Below, one piece after another: positions 24,570 to 33,533 of a stretch of DNA of 64,000 nt (position 1 is its first letter; each line of letters starts with the position of its first letter). Source of the stretch: an uncultured delta proteobacterium (GTDB taxonomy: Bacteria > Myxococcota_A > Polyangia > Polyangiales > Polyangiaceae); assembly GCA_963806225.1 (NCBI GenBank), contig CAWDXG010000004.1, positions 3,552,001 to 3,616,000 on the forward strand, written 5' to 3'. The position numbers were made by a program, and so were the translations under genes. The notes beneath the pieces are model-generated. The model was given only the letters and a program-made list of their open reading frames with translations, made no database searches and was not told the DNA's origin.

Positions 24570-25453
24570 CGCCGGTACTCCCCCGAGCGCCCGCCGGATT
24601 TCTCCACCAGCCGCGTGGGACCGATCTCCATGCCGCGGTCGAACGCCTTGAGCATGTCGTAGATGGTGAGCGCCGCAACGCTGGCCGCGGTGAGTGCCTC
24701 CATCTCGACGCCGGTGCGGTCCAGCGTCTCGACCGTGCTCCGGACGCGGACCGCGCGCGCGGACTCGATCACCTCGAGCTCGAGCGCGACGTGCGTGAGC
24801 GCGAGCGGATGGCAGAGCGGGATCAGATCGGACGTGCGCTTCGCGGCCATGATGCCGGCAACGCGCGCCGTGGCCAGCACGTCGCCTTTGGGCGTGTCGT
24901 GGAGCTGGAGGCGGCGCAGGGCGTCCGCGTTCATCGTAACGCGGCTCTCGGCCACCGCTCGCCGCTGGCTCGGTAGCTTCTGCTTCACGTCGACCATGCG
25001 CACGCCGCCCTCGGGCGCCACGTGCGTCGAGGCCGCACTGTGTCCGACGATCTCGGCATACGCCTTCTCGAGCCGCCCCGGACGTCCCCGGCCGGCGACC
25101 TTCGCGAGCACATAGCGATCGAGCGGCGTGAGCGCGGCCCAGAGCGCCGGCGGCAGAGCCCGGTCGGGCCCCAGCGCCGCTACCAGCTCGGCAGGGGGTG
25201 CCTCGTCGGGCGGATCGGCGGCAGGGTCGACGCGCGTGGCGGGCGGATCGGCGAGCGAGATAGCCAGCTGCAGCGGCTTGAGCTCCACTTCGGTGCCCGA
25301 GCCGGCTTCGACAATGCCGCGCCGTTGGGCTGCCGGCAGGCTCTGCCATGCCTCGAGCGAGAGCTTGAGCCCCGCGCGGTCGAGCGCGCGCCGCGCAGCC
25401 AGGGGCACCAGCTCGAGCCCGTCGTCCACTCCGTCGAACCGGTAGAGCTTCAC
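24566..25453 (-). CDS. moaC: MoaC fused to an N-terminal nitrate-reductase-associated (NarM-like) domain
   Basis: C-terminal MoaC motifs MVDV, KGDVL, AAKRTSDLIPLCHP, TGVEMEAL, YDMLK, KSGG. N-terminal ~130 aa has VPLAARRALDRAGLKLSLEAW and WAALTPLDRYVLAK. Confidence 0.9.
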   Translation of the reverse strand: MKLYRFDGVDDGLELVPLAARRALDRAGLKLSLEAWQSLPAAQRRGIVEAGSGTEVELKPLQLAISLADPPATRVDPAADPPDEAPPAELVAALGPDRALPPALWAALTPLDRYVLAKVAGRGRPGRLEKAYAEIVGHSAASTHVAPEGGVRMVDVKQKLPSQRRAVAESRVTMNADALRRLQLHDTPKGDVLATARVAGIMAAKRTSDLIPLCHPLALTHVALELEVIESARAVRVRSTVETLDRTGVEMEALTAASVAALTIYDMLKAFDRGMEIGPTRLVEKSGGRSGEYRR

Positions 25454-25529
25454 GGGGCGGGAGCGTACCACCAACCCCCGGTCGCGCGACTTGCCAACGC
25501 GCGCCGGCCCCGCCACGCTGGCGCCGAGC

Positions 25530-26153
25530 ATGACCGAACCCCCCAGCCAGCTCCTCGTCCGGGGCCTGTTCCGTGTCTGGAGCCACGTCTACGATCGGCC
25601 GGTGTTCCAGTGGACGCTGTACTCCCGCGTCCACCGGCGACTGTTCGCGAAGGCCGAGCGGCTCGCGCCGGCGCGCATCCTCGACGTGGGCTGCGGCACG
25701 GGCGAGCTGCTGGTCGCTGCGGCGCGACGCTGGCCGGGCGCAGCGCTCTTTGGAGTCGACCTCTCGCCCGCGATGCTGGCGAAGGCCCGCGGGAAGAATT
25801 TCGGCCGTGCCGTCGAGCTCGGCCAGGGCAGCGTGTACGAGCTGCCGTTCGAGGCGGGCGCGTTCGATCTCGTCTTCAACACCATCTCGTCGCACTTCTA
25901 TCTGGACGGCGCGCGGGCGTTTGCCGAGATGGCCCGTGTGCTGGAAAAGGGCGGCACGCTGCTCCAGGCGAGCCTCACCACCGGTCCGCTCGCCTACCTG
26001 CCCGGACAGGGCGGCCGCTCCATCAGCGTCCCCGGCGCCGTGTACCGCGGGCCCGCCGAGCAGCGCCGGCTGCTCCGCGACGCCGGGTTCGACGTCGTCG
26101 AGAGCCGCTTCATCCTGCCCGGCATCTGGCTCTACCAGGGCGTGAAGCGCTAG
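25530..26153 (+). CDS. Class I SAM-dependent methyltransferase (UbiE-like)
   Basis: ILDVGCGTG, GVDLSPAML, LPFEAGAFDLV, EMARVL..GG. Confidence 0.9.
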   Translation: MTEPPSQLLVRGLFRVWSHVYDRPVFQWTLYSRVHRRLFAKAERLAPARILDVGCGTGELLVAAARRWPGAALFGVDLSPAMLAKARGKNFGRAVELGQGSVYELPFEAGAFDLVFNTISSHFYLDGARAFAEMARVLEKGGTLLQASLTTGPLAYLPGQGGRSISVPGAVYRGPAEQRRLLRDAGFDVVESRFILPGIWLYQGVKR

Positions 26154-26214
26154 CCGTCCGGCAGCGGGCGAAGCGGCGAGCGCCGCTCTGGTGCTCGTAC
26201 TATGCTCCGCGGCG

Positions 26215-27594
26215 ATGCGTTCGACCGCCTTCGGCTGGGCCGCGCTGTCCGTGCTGGCCGCTGGCTGTGGTCCGCGGGGAACGGCGGCGCATCCCCCGGT
26301 GGCCGGTCTGTGCAGTGCGCGGCTGCCGGGCACCGAGCCGGCGTTCACCGAAGCGCCCGCCGTGCAGGCGCCGGAGTCGCACATCGCGGTGGACGTGGCC
26401 ATCGATACGCACCGGCTCGGACGCGAGCTGTCGCGCCACGTGCCGGTCGTGCTCGCGCAGGCAAAAGACCAAAACGTGGGCGCGCCGGGCCAGGCCACGT
26501 ATGTGGTGCGTCGCGGCAGCTTCCATTTCGGCGTCCGCGGCAACGATCTCCTGGTGGAGACGCCCATCCGCGCGCACATCGCCGTGTGCAAGCCCATCGG
26601 ACCGTTCTGCCCCGAATACGGCCACTGCAGCCCCGAGCTCGTCTCCACGGTGCGGCTACCGCTCGCTCTCGACCGCGACTACACCCTCGGCCGGAGTCGC
26701 GTGGGCGTGAGCGTGACGCGCGGCTGCGTGCTCCAGCCGATCGGCGTGGACGTGACACCCCAGCTCCGCGACATGGCGCGGCGGCAGTCCGGCGGCATCC
26801 AGCGACGCATCGACCGCTCGGTGCCGTCGCTGCGCCCGGAGGCGGAGGCCGCCTGGCAGCTGCTGGATCTGCCGATCGCGCTCGGCAGCACGCTGTGCGC
26901 GCGGGTCACACCGAGCCGCCTGGTGCAGTCGAAACCGGCGCTGTCACACGACACGCTGTCGACGCGGCTGGCCGTGTTCGGGCGGCTGGGCGTCGAGGAG
27001 CCGTGCAGCGAGCAGCACGCCGGCAAGCACCGCCCGCTGCCACCGCCGGAGCTCGACAATCAGGCGCCCAGCGACGTGCGGCTGGACGTGCCGATCCACA
27101 TGGACTGGAACGACGTGTCGGCGGACCTCAGCCGCTCGCTCGCTGGAGCGGGCGAGCCGCGCATCACCGGCGCGCGCGCTCGAGGCGCAGAGGTCGACGG
27201 TCAGGGCGTGGTCGCGCTGGCGGTGACGCTCGACGGCGCGGTGTGCGGCAACGTGTGGCTGGTAGGACAGCCGTGGTACGACGCGCAGGCGTCGCGGGTG
27301 CGGCTCCGCAACGTGCGCTACGCGCCGGGACAGCCCGACAACGTCGCCGAGCGTGCGGGCAGCGCACTGCCCGCACGCGTCGAGCAGCTCGCCCAGATCG
27401 CGCTGCCCATCGACCTCGCCCTCGGCCCGCGCTCGCTGTCCGGCCTCGTCGAGAGCCTGACGAAGAAGCGCCCGGAGGGCGTCGACGTGAAGGTCGAGGT
27501 CCAGCCCGCCGAGGTGGACTCGGTGCTGGTCGATCCCGGTGCGCTCGTGCCGGTGGCAAGCCTCAGGGGAACCGTGCGGGTGCTGGTGCAGTAA
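26215..27594 (+). CDS. Lipoprotein, DUF4403-like elongated beta protein
   Basis: Lipobox LAAGC; PESHIAVDVAI, YVVRRG, VWLVGQPWYD pattern. Confidence 0.6.
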   Translation: MRSTAFGWAALSVLAAGCGPRGTAAHPPVAGLCSARLPGTEPAFTEAPAVQAPESHIAVDVAIDTHRLGRELSRHVPVVLAQAKDQNVGAPGQATYVVRRGSFHFGVRGNDLLVETPIRAHIAVCKPIGPFCPEYGHCSPELVSTVRLPLALDRDYTLGRSRVGVSVTRGCVLQPIGVDVTPQLRDMARRQSGGIQRRIDRSVPSLRPEAEAAWQLLDLPIALGSTLCARVTPSRLVQSKPALSHDTLSTRLAVFGRLGVEEPCSEQHAGKHRPLPPPELDNQAPSDVRLDVPIHMDWNDVSADLSRSLAGAGEPRITGARARGAEVDGQGVVALAVTLDGAVCGNVWLVGQPWYDAQASRVRLRNVRYAPGQPDNVAERAGSALPARVEQLAQIALPIDLALGPRSLSGLVESLTKKRPEGVDVKVEVQPAEVDSVLVDPGALVPVASLRGTVRVLVQ

Positions 27595-27609
27595 CGCCCG
27601 GGGCGGCGC

Positions 27610-28422
27610 CTACGGCGCCGCGCGGAACAGCCGCTCGAAATTCCCGGCGAGCTCGGCCTCGACGCTCTCGAGCGATTCGTTCCAGAGCTCCGCCGCGTAC
27701 TCGGCGGTGACCCGCACGTTGGCCGGCTCGTTGTCCTCGCCGCGCTCGGGGCCAAGATACGGACAGTCGGTCTCGAGCAGCACGCGGTCGCGGGGCAGCG
27801 TCTCGAGCATGCGGGTAAAGGCCTCGTTCTTGCGCGCGTTGGCCGGGATCGACAGGTAGTGGCCGTGCTCGGCGATGCGGCGGGCGAGCTTCACACGGCC
27901 GCCGAAGCAGTGCCAGTCCACGCGCTGGGCGCCCATCTCCTTCAGGATCTCGAAGCAGCGCGCCTCGCGCTTGCGGGTGTGGATGATGATCGGCTTGTCC
28001 GCTTCCATGGCGATGGTCACGAGCTGACGGAAGATCGCTTCCTGCTCTTCCCAGAACTCGCCGGGCACCCAGTAGCCGTCGAGTCCGATCTCGCCCACAG
28101 CAAATGCTTCGTCAACGTGGCTCCGGACCCACTCGACGGCTTCCTCGGCGGGCACGGGGCTGTCGTCGCCCTCTTCACGCGGGTAGTCGACGCCGGCCGC
28201 CCGCATCCCGGGCAGCACGGCGTCCACCGGGTACAGGCCGAAACCAGGGCGGACCAGCTTCGAGCGCGCGGCAAGCTCGCGCACGCGCTCGTTGTCCGCC
28301 GGGTTCAGGCCGTTCGAGATGATGGTGGTGAGCCCGGCGGCTTCGGCGCGCGCGAGCACGGCGTCCACTTCGGGCAGGAGCCGCGGGTGGGTGAGGTGAG
28401 CGTGGACGTCGAACAGGCCCAT
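27610..28422 (-). CDS. tatD: TatD family DNase
   Basis: DVHAHL, AVGEIGLD, IIHTR, DWHCF, LLETDCPYL, NEPANV. Confidence 0.92.
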   Translation of the reverse strand: MGLFDVHAHLTHPRLLPEVDAVLARAEAAGLTTIISNGLNPADNERVRELAARSKLVRPGFGLYPVDAVLPGMRAAGVDYPREEGDDSPVPAEEAVEWVRSHVDEAFAVGEIGLDGYWVPGEFWEEQEAIFRQLVTIAMEADKPIIIHTRKREARCFEILKEMGAQRVDWHCFGGRVKLARRIAEHGHYLSIPANARKNEAFTRMLETLPRDRVLLETDCPYLGPERGEDNEPANVRVTAEYAAELWNESLESVEAELAGNFERLFRAAP

Positions 28423-28462
28423 GGGGCGGGCAGTGTAGCGCGCAACGTGCTGGTCTGCTCGG

Positions 28463-29107
28463 CTAGGGCGTCTGCCACTCGGCTTCGCAGTGATGCTGGT
28501 CCGAACAGCGCGCGACGACGTCCGATGGGTAGACCGGCGCGCACTCCGGGCATCCTCCGACGCCCTCGCACACCAGCGAGCTGAAGCGCGCCTCGTTGCT
28601 GATCGCGATGATGTGTACGCGGTCCAGGGCGCCGCCGCACTCGCAGCAGGACGTGGTGCGGATGCGGCAGTCGGAGTCCGAGGTGCAGGCGGTCGCGCTG
28701 TCGTCGCGTACGTCCACGACCCGGCAGTGATTCGACCTGCAGGCAGCGACCAGCGTCGGATCCGGTTCCATGTAGCAGGCGGGACAGCCGACACTCGCGC
28801 ACTTGTCCGCCACGTACGCGCTCGCGCGGTCCTGGTTGATGCCGATCGCATCGCCGCGCGTCGCCGCGCCGCACGATCCGCAGCAGCTCTCCGATCGCAC
28901 GATGCACTCCGCGCTCAGCGTGCAGTCGTCGTAACCCGCGCTGCCGCCCGTCCCCGCTGTGCCGCCCGTCCCCGCTGTGCCGCCCGTGCCCGCTGTGCCG
29001 CCCGTGCCGGCGCCACCGTCGGGTGAGCCGAGGTCCGTCTTGCCGCCGCAGGCGCTGGCTTGAACGAGGATCAGCGCTGCCAGCACTCCGACCCATCCCA
29101 CCTTCAT
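28463..29107 (-). CDS. Cys-rich lipoprotein with GTGGTA linker
   Basis: Lipobox ASAC; Gly/Thr repeats; two internal modules C-x5-C..CC..CG..C..CP.C. Confidence 0.8.
   Translation of the reverse strand: MKVGWVGVLAALILVQASACGGKTDLGSPDGGAGTGGTAGTGGTAGTGGTAGTGGSAGYDDCTLSAECIVRSESCCGSCGAATRGDAIGINQDRASAYVADKCASVGCPACYMEPDPTLVAACRSNHCRVVDVRDDSATACTSDSDCRIRTTSCCECGGALDRVHIIAISNEARFSSLVCEGVGGCPECAPVYPSDVVARCSDQHHCEAEWQTP
28942..29008. repeat. 18-bp tandem repeat (encodes GTGGTA)
   Basis: TGCCGCCCGT(C/G)CCCGCTG x3 plus a partial copy. Confidence 0.85.
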
Positions 29108-29209
29108 GATTCCACCTCACCTTATGGTGCGTCCGGCGCGTCGAGGCGCAAGTCGCGCCCCGAGCGGCGTCAACGGTGGAGCGTGCTACCTTTGCTCCGA
29201 GGGGGAGAA

Positions 29210-30169
29210 ATGATCGAGCGCGTGCTGCTGACCGGCGCCACCGGTTTCGTGGGCGGGCATCTCCATCCGGCGCTCGTGCGGGCCGGGTTCGACGTGCTCT
29301 GTGCGAGCCGCCGGGCGGCGGAGATGACCGCGCGGGAGCCGTCGAAAAAGTGGGTCCACTTCGACGTTGAGCGCGAGGACACGCTCGCGGCCGCGCTGGA
29401 GGGCATCGACGCCGTCGTCTACCTGATCCACGCGATGGGCGAAGCGGGCGACTTCGAGGCCCGGGAGCAGGCGTCGGCAGCGCGCTTCCTCTGCGCCGCC
29501 GACCGCGCCGGCGTCGAGCGCATCGTCTACCTGGGCGGGGTCGCACCTGCCGGCGAACCCTCGCGGCACCTGCAGAGCCGCCTCCGGACCGGCGAGCTGC
29601 TGCGGGGCGGCGCGGTGCCCACCATCGAGCTGCGCGCGGGCATGATCATCGGCGCCGGGAGCGAGAGCTGGAGCATCGTTCGGGATCTGGCCGCGCGCCT
29701 GCCGTTCATGGTGCTGCCTCGCTGGCTGCAGAACCTCTCACAGCCCGTTGCCATCGACAACGTCGTCGCAGCCCTGGTTCGCGCGCTGGAGCTCGAGGGC
29801 GAAGTGCGGGGTGTGTTCGACCTGCCGGGCCCGGAGACGCTCAGCGGAGAGGAGATCCTGAAGAGGGTCTCGCGGCTGCTCGGCGTGCGCCCGTATACCC
29901 TCCGCGTTCCGGTGTTGACGCCGCGTCTGTCGAGCTACTGGCTGAAGCTCGTCACCAGCGCGGACTTCGGCATCGCACGCCAACTGGTCGAAGGGCTCAC
30001 CAGCAATCTGATCGCGAGCAACGAAGGCTTCTGGGGCTACATGCCCGATCGCACACCGATGGCGTTCGATGCGGCGGCCAGGATGGCTCTCGACGCTGAA
30101 GCCGCCGGCCTGCCCATGAAGACGCGGGCGGTGGAGTGGATGCTGCAACACATGGGCCGGGCAGGCTGA
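29210..30169 (+). CDS. NAD(P)-binding atypical SDR (YbjT-like)
   Basis: LLTGATGFVG, VYLIHAM, RIVYLGG, SRHLQSR, LRAGMIIGAGS, QPVAID. Confidence 0.88.
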   Translation: MIERVLLTGATGFVGGHLHPALVRAGFDVLCASRRAAEMTAREPSKKWVHFDVEREDTLAAALEGIDAVVYLIHAMGEAGDFEAREQASAARFLCAADRAGVERIVYLGGVAPAGEPSRHLQSRLRTGELLRGGAVPTIELRAGMIIGAGSESWSIVRDLAARLPFMVLPRWLQNLSQPVAIDNVVAALVRALELEGEVRGVFDLPGPETLSGEEILKRVSRLLGVRPYTLRVPVLTPRLSSYWLKLVTSADFGIARQLVEGLTSNLIASNEGFWGYMPDRTPMAFDAAARMALDAEAAGLPMKTRAVEWMLQHMGRAG

Positions 30170-30172
30170 CGC

Positions 30173-31195
30173 CTACCCTCCGATGTACGACATTTCGATG
30201 CGTCGGAGGCTCGCCGTGCGACTCGAGCGGAGCTCGGAGTAGCGGTCGTCGCGGCGCGCCCAGATGCCGCGCAGGAGCCCGGCGATCGCGGCGTCGTCGG
30301 CGCCGGAGCGCAGCGGGGCGCGGATGTCAGTGCCGGACGCGGCGAACAGGCAGCCGTAGATCGTGCCCTCGGCGCTCAGCCGCGCGCGTGTGCAGCCGGC
30401 GCAGAAGGGTTCGGTCACGCTGGTGATGATCCCGACCTCGCCGCTGCCGTCGCGATAGCGGTAGCGGCGCGCGACCTCGCCCGGGTAGTTCGGGTCGACG
30501 GGCTCGAGGGGCAGCTCCGCGTCGATGCGCTCGACGATCTCGCGGCCGGACACGACCTCGTCGAGCCGCCAGCCGTTGGTCAGCCCCACGTCCATGTACT
30601 CGATGAAGCGGACGATGTGCCCGCTGCCCTTGAAGCGGCGCGCCAGCTCCACCAGCGTGTGGTCGTTCGCGCCGCGGCGGACCACCGAGTTGATCTTGAC
30701 GGGCGACAGACCCGCTGCTGCCGCCGCATCGATACCGGCGAGCACGTCGGCCGGGCCGTAATCGGCGTCGGTCATGATGTGGAACACGGCGTCGTCCAGC
30801 GAATCGAGGCTCACGCTGACGCGGCCGAGCCCCGCGTCGGCCAGCGCCTGGGCGCGCTTTGCCAGGAGCGAGCCATTGGTGGTGAGCGCCGTCTCCACGC
30901 CTGTGTCCGCGATCATGCGGACCAGCTTCGGCAGCTCCGCACGCAGCAGCGGCTCGCCGCCCGTGAGCCGCACCTTGCGCAGCCCCTCGCCGGACAGGAT
31001 GCCCACAAGCCGCGCGATCTCCTCGAAGGTCAACAGGTCGCTCCGCGGCAGGAAGTGGAACCCCGGCCCGAAGTGCTCGCGCGGCATGCAGTAGCGGCAG
31101 CGGAAGTTGCAGCGATCCGTCACGCTCACGCGCAGATCGGACAGCGGCCGGCCGCGGCGGTCGCGGGGGGGCGCGGTGTCGGGTATCGGGCTCAT
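30173..31195 (-). CDS. moaA: GTP 3',8-cyclase
   Basis: LRVSVTDRCNFRCRYCMP, RLTGGEPLLR, RFIEYMD, FCAGCTRARL, C-terminal MSYIGG. Confidence 0.97.
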   Translation of the reverse strand: MSPIPDTAPPRDRRGRPLSDLRVSVTDRCNFRCRYCMPREHFGPGFHFLPRSDLLTFEEIARLVGILSGEGLRKVRLTGGEPLLRAELPKLVRMIADTGVETALTTNGSLLAKRAQALADAGLGRVSVSLDSLDDAVFHIMTDADYGPADVLAGIDAAAAAGLSPVKINSVVRRGANDHTLVELARRFKGSGHIVRFIEYMDVGLTNGWRLDEVVSGREIVERIDAELPLEPVDPNYPGEVARRYRYRDGSGEVGIITSVTEPFCAGCTRARLSAEGTIYGCLFAASGTDIRAPLRSGADDAAIAGLLRGIWARRDDRYSELRSSRTASLRRIEMSYIGG

Positions 31196-31243
31196 GCGGA
31201 CCTGGAACCTAGCATCGGGCCGGCGGAGCGCGACGTCGAGCCC

Positions 31244-32827
31244 TCACGGGGCCTGCGCGCCGCCCCGGATGCGCTTCCACACGCTCCAGCGCGGGCTCCG
31301 CCAGATGCGCTGGTAGACATTCCGCTCTTGCGCAATGCGCCCGGGCCCGCCGCGGACGAGCACGTACTGGTACCAGCCGAGATCGCGCGCCGGATCGACG
31401 CGCCCGGGCTCCCACTCCCAGCGCGGCCGGACCCGCGGCGGGCGATTGTCCTCGCGGAAGCTGAAAGGCGACTCGGGGAAATCGGCGAAGGTGAACATCA
31501 CCGCACCGCCCCGGGTCGCCTGGTACCAGGCGACGGAGTGCAGGAAGGGAGTGAACCGCACGTACCGCGATCCGCTGTTGAAGATCAGACCGGCCACGCG
31601 CTCGCCCTTCGGGATCTGCTCGATGGCCGCGTCGAGCTGACCCACCTCGTCCTTCTCGAAGCGCTGGAATGCCCAGCCCACCGCGTTGAACGACAGGACT
31701 GAAATCGCCACGACGCCCGCGAACACGAGCGTCCCCGAAAGGCGGCGTTGGGCCGGCAGAACCGGCACCAGGAAGATCAGGGCGAGCAGCGGAAAGCGCG
31801 CATTGATCGGCCAGATCCAGCCGTAGCCGGTCGGCGTGATGAAGTAGAAGAACGCCGCCAGAGGCGCGAGCCAGGCCAGGCGGCGCGTGAGCGTTCCACG
31901 CAGAACGTCGTCTTCCGAAGGAGCGCGGTCGGTGTCGCGCGCGCCCGCTCCGAGTCCGATCGCCAGCATGACCAGCAGCGCCCAGCCCACCAGCAACTTG
32001 TCGTCGGCCTTGACCACCAGCACGTTGGTGAGCCAGTCGGGCGCCTCGCGCAGCGAATCGAGCCACGCAGCGTACTTCGGCTGGGGTCCACCCGCCGCAG
32101 CCTTCCCGAGCGCCGCCGTCAGGGTCGACTGGCCCGCCGGAGCGGTCTTGAACCAGACCGCGACCGCGACGATGGCCGGCAGGAGCGGCAGCCAGCGTCT
32201 GGCAGTGCTCCAGAGGGCCTCGCGCCGGAACGCCATGCGGTCGAACGCTTCCACACCGACAAGCGCCGCGCCGAGACCGAGAAAACCGAACGGCACGACG
32301 TGCGTGTAGAACGTGACCACGATCACAACGGCGAGCAGCACGGCGCGGCGCAAGGACCAGCGAAGTCGCAGATTGACCGCGAGCGCCAGACCGGCGAGCG
32401 ACAGCGGGATCGCGGCGATGAAATTCAGGAAGCCGAGAACCAGATGTGCGTTCCAGGTCAGCGGCAGCACGAACAGCGCCAGCCGCTCGTCGCGACCGAG
32501 CGCGCGGAGAAGCGCGCGCATTGCATACGGCGTAGCGATGATCGCCGCGCTGACGAGCAACTTGTTCGCGACGATCACGCCGGACAGGTACGCGAGCAGA
32601 TCCGCGGCGAGGTAGTAGGCGAGGTATTGGGTGCGCCCCAGGTGCAGCTCGAAGTAACGGGCGAAGTGCAGCGCCGGGTCGTGGAAGTCGTGCAGCACGC
32701 GGATCGCCGCAAGGTGCTGGGGCAGATCCTCGATGGGCGGGTGCTGGACGAGCCACAGAGGCACGGCGGCCAGCACCGCGAGAGCGGCGAAGACCAGATC
32801 GAACAGCACGCCGGGGCGACGGGTCAC
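31244..32827 (-). CDS. Polytopic membrane protein, putative GT-C glycosyltransferase (paralog of 36231..37835)
   Basis: First loop PPIEDLPQH; GFLNF; FYTHV; many TM helices; soluble C-terminal domain. Confidence 0.6.
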   Translation of the reverse strand: MTRRPGVLFDLVFAALAVLAAVPLWLVQHPPIEDLPQHLAAIRVLHDFHDPALHFARYFELHLGRTQYLAYYLAADLLAYLSGVIVANKLLVSAAIIATPYAMRALLRALGRDERLALFVLPLTWNAHLVLGFLNFIAAIPLSLAGLALAVNLRLRWSLRRAVLLAVVIVVTFYTHVVPFGFLGLGAALVGVEAFDRMAFRREALWSTARRWLPLLPAIVAVAVWFKTAPAGQSTLTAALGKAAAGGPQPKYAAWLDSLREAPDWLTNVLVVKADDKLLVGWALLVMLAIGLGAGARDTDRAPSEDDVLRGTLTRRLAWLAPLAAFFYFITPTGYGWIWPINARFPLLALIFLVPVLPAQRRLSGTLVFAGVVAISVLSFNAVGWAFQRFEKDEVGQLDAAIEQIPKGERVAGLIFNSGSRYVRFTPFLHSVAWYQATRGGAVMFTFADFPESPFSFREDNRPPRVRPRWEWEPGRVDPARDLGWYQYVLVRGGPGRIAQERNVYQRIWRSPRWSVWKRIRGGAQAP

Positions 32828-32895
32828 GGGAGGGGCAAGAGCCTAACAGGCCGAAAGACGCCGCGCGCCCCGATCCCTCCGTTGCAGCATGGGGG

Positions 32896-33501
32896 TCAGG
32901 TGCCCAGCGCCGCCACCAGCTCGCCGAGCACGCCGCTTCCGTCACGGAACACGGGCCAACCATCGCCCACCAGCACCGCGTCGAACGGCCCCTGCCGCGA
33001 CAGCCGCCGCACCGAGTCGCGCGCGCGCCCGGGGTCGGCGAGCTTCTGCTCCGGCAGGAGCGTCAGCCGCCCGGCGTCGTGCGAGCGCACCAGATCCCCG
33101 GTCAGCAGCGTGGTGTCGTCGATCACGAGCGCAAGCTCGCCCGGCGTCTTGGAGCCCTCGAGCTCGAACACCGTGAGCCCCGGAACCGGCTCGTCGCCGT
33201 CGCCGAGCCACAGGTCGCACTTCACCGGGAAGCTCTCCCGTTCGGCTCGCGGCCCGGCCATCCGTGCTCCCGTGCGCTCGGCGATCGCCGCGGCGGCGCG
33301 CACATGGTCGGAGTTCGTGATCACGATCAGCGCCGCGCCGCCCAGGCGGTCGAGGTGCTCGGCGTCGTGGTCCGACAGCGGCAGCGGGTCGAACAGGACG
33401 TTGTCGCCGCCACGCACCCACAGCACGCTGTGGAAATCGATGTCGCGTGCCTCGTCGAAAACGGACCAGCCGTACAGGTCGAGGCGGTGCAGCTTCTTCA
33501 T
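32896..33501 (-). CDS. Metallo-beta-lactamase-fold protein with degenerate metal motif
   Basis: VLFDP, ITNSDHVR in place of HxHxDH, SKTPGE, LTGD, LVGDG. Confidence 0.75.
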   Translation of the reverse strand: MKKLHRLDLYGWSVFDEARDIDFHSVLWVRGGDNVLFDPLPLSDHDAEHLDRLGGAALIVITNSDHVRAAAAIAERTGARMAGPRAERESFPVKCDLWLGDGDEPVPGLTVFELEGSKTPGELALVIDDTTLLTGDLVRSHDAGRLTLLPEQKLADPGRARDSVRRLSRQGPFDAVLVGDGWPVFRDGSGVLGELVAALGT

Positions 33502-33533
33502 GACCCAGCGGTAGCGCCGGGCCCGGGGGTGCG

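Noticed and set aside
20846..29008. 18-bp tandem repeats at 20846 and 28942 as CRISPR arrays
   Set aside because: No spacers, in-frame coding linkers, and no cas genes.
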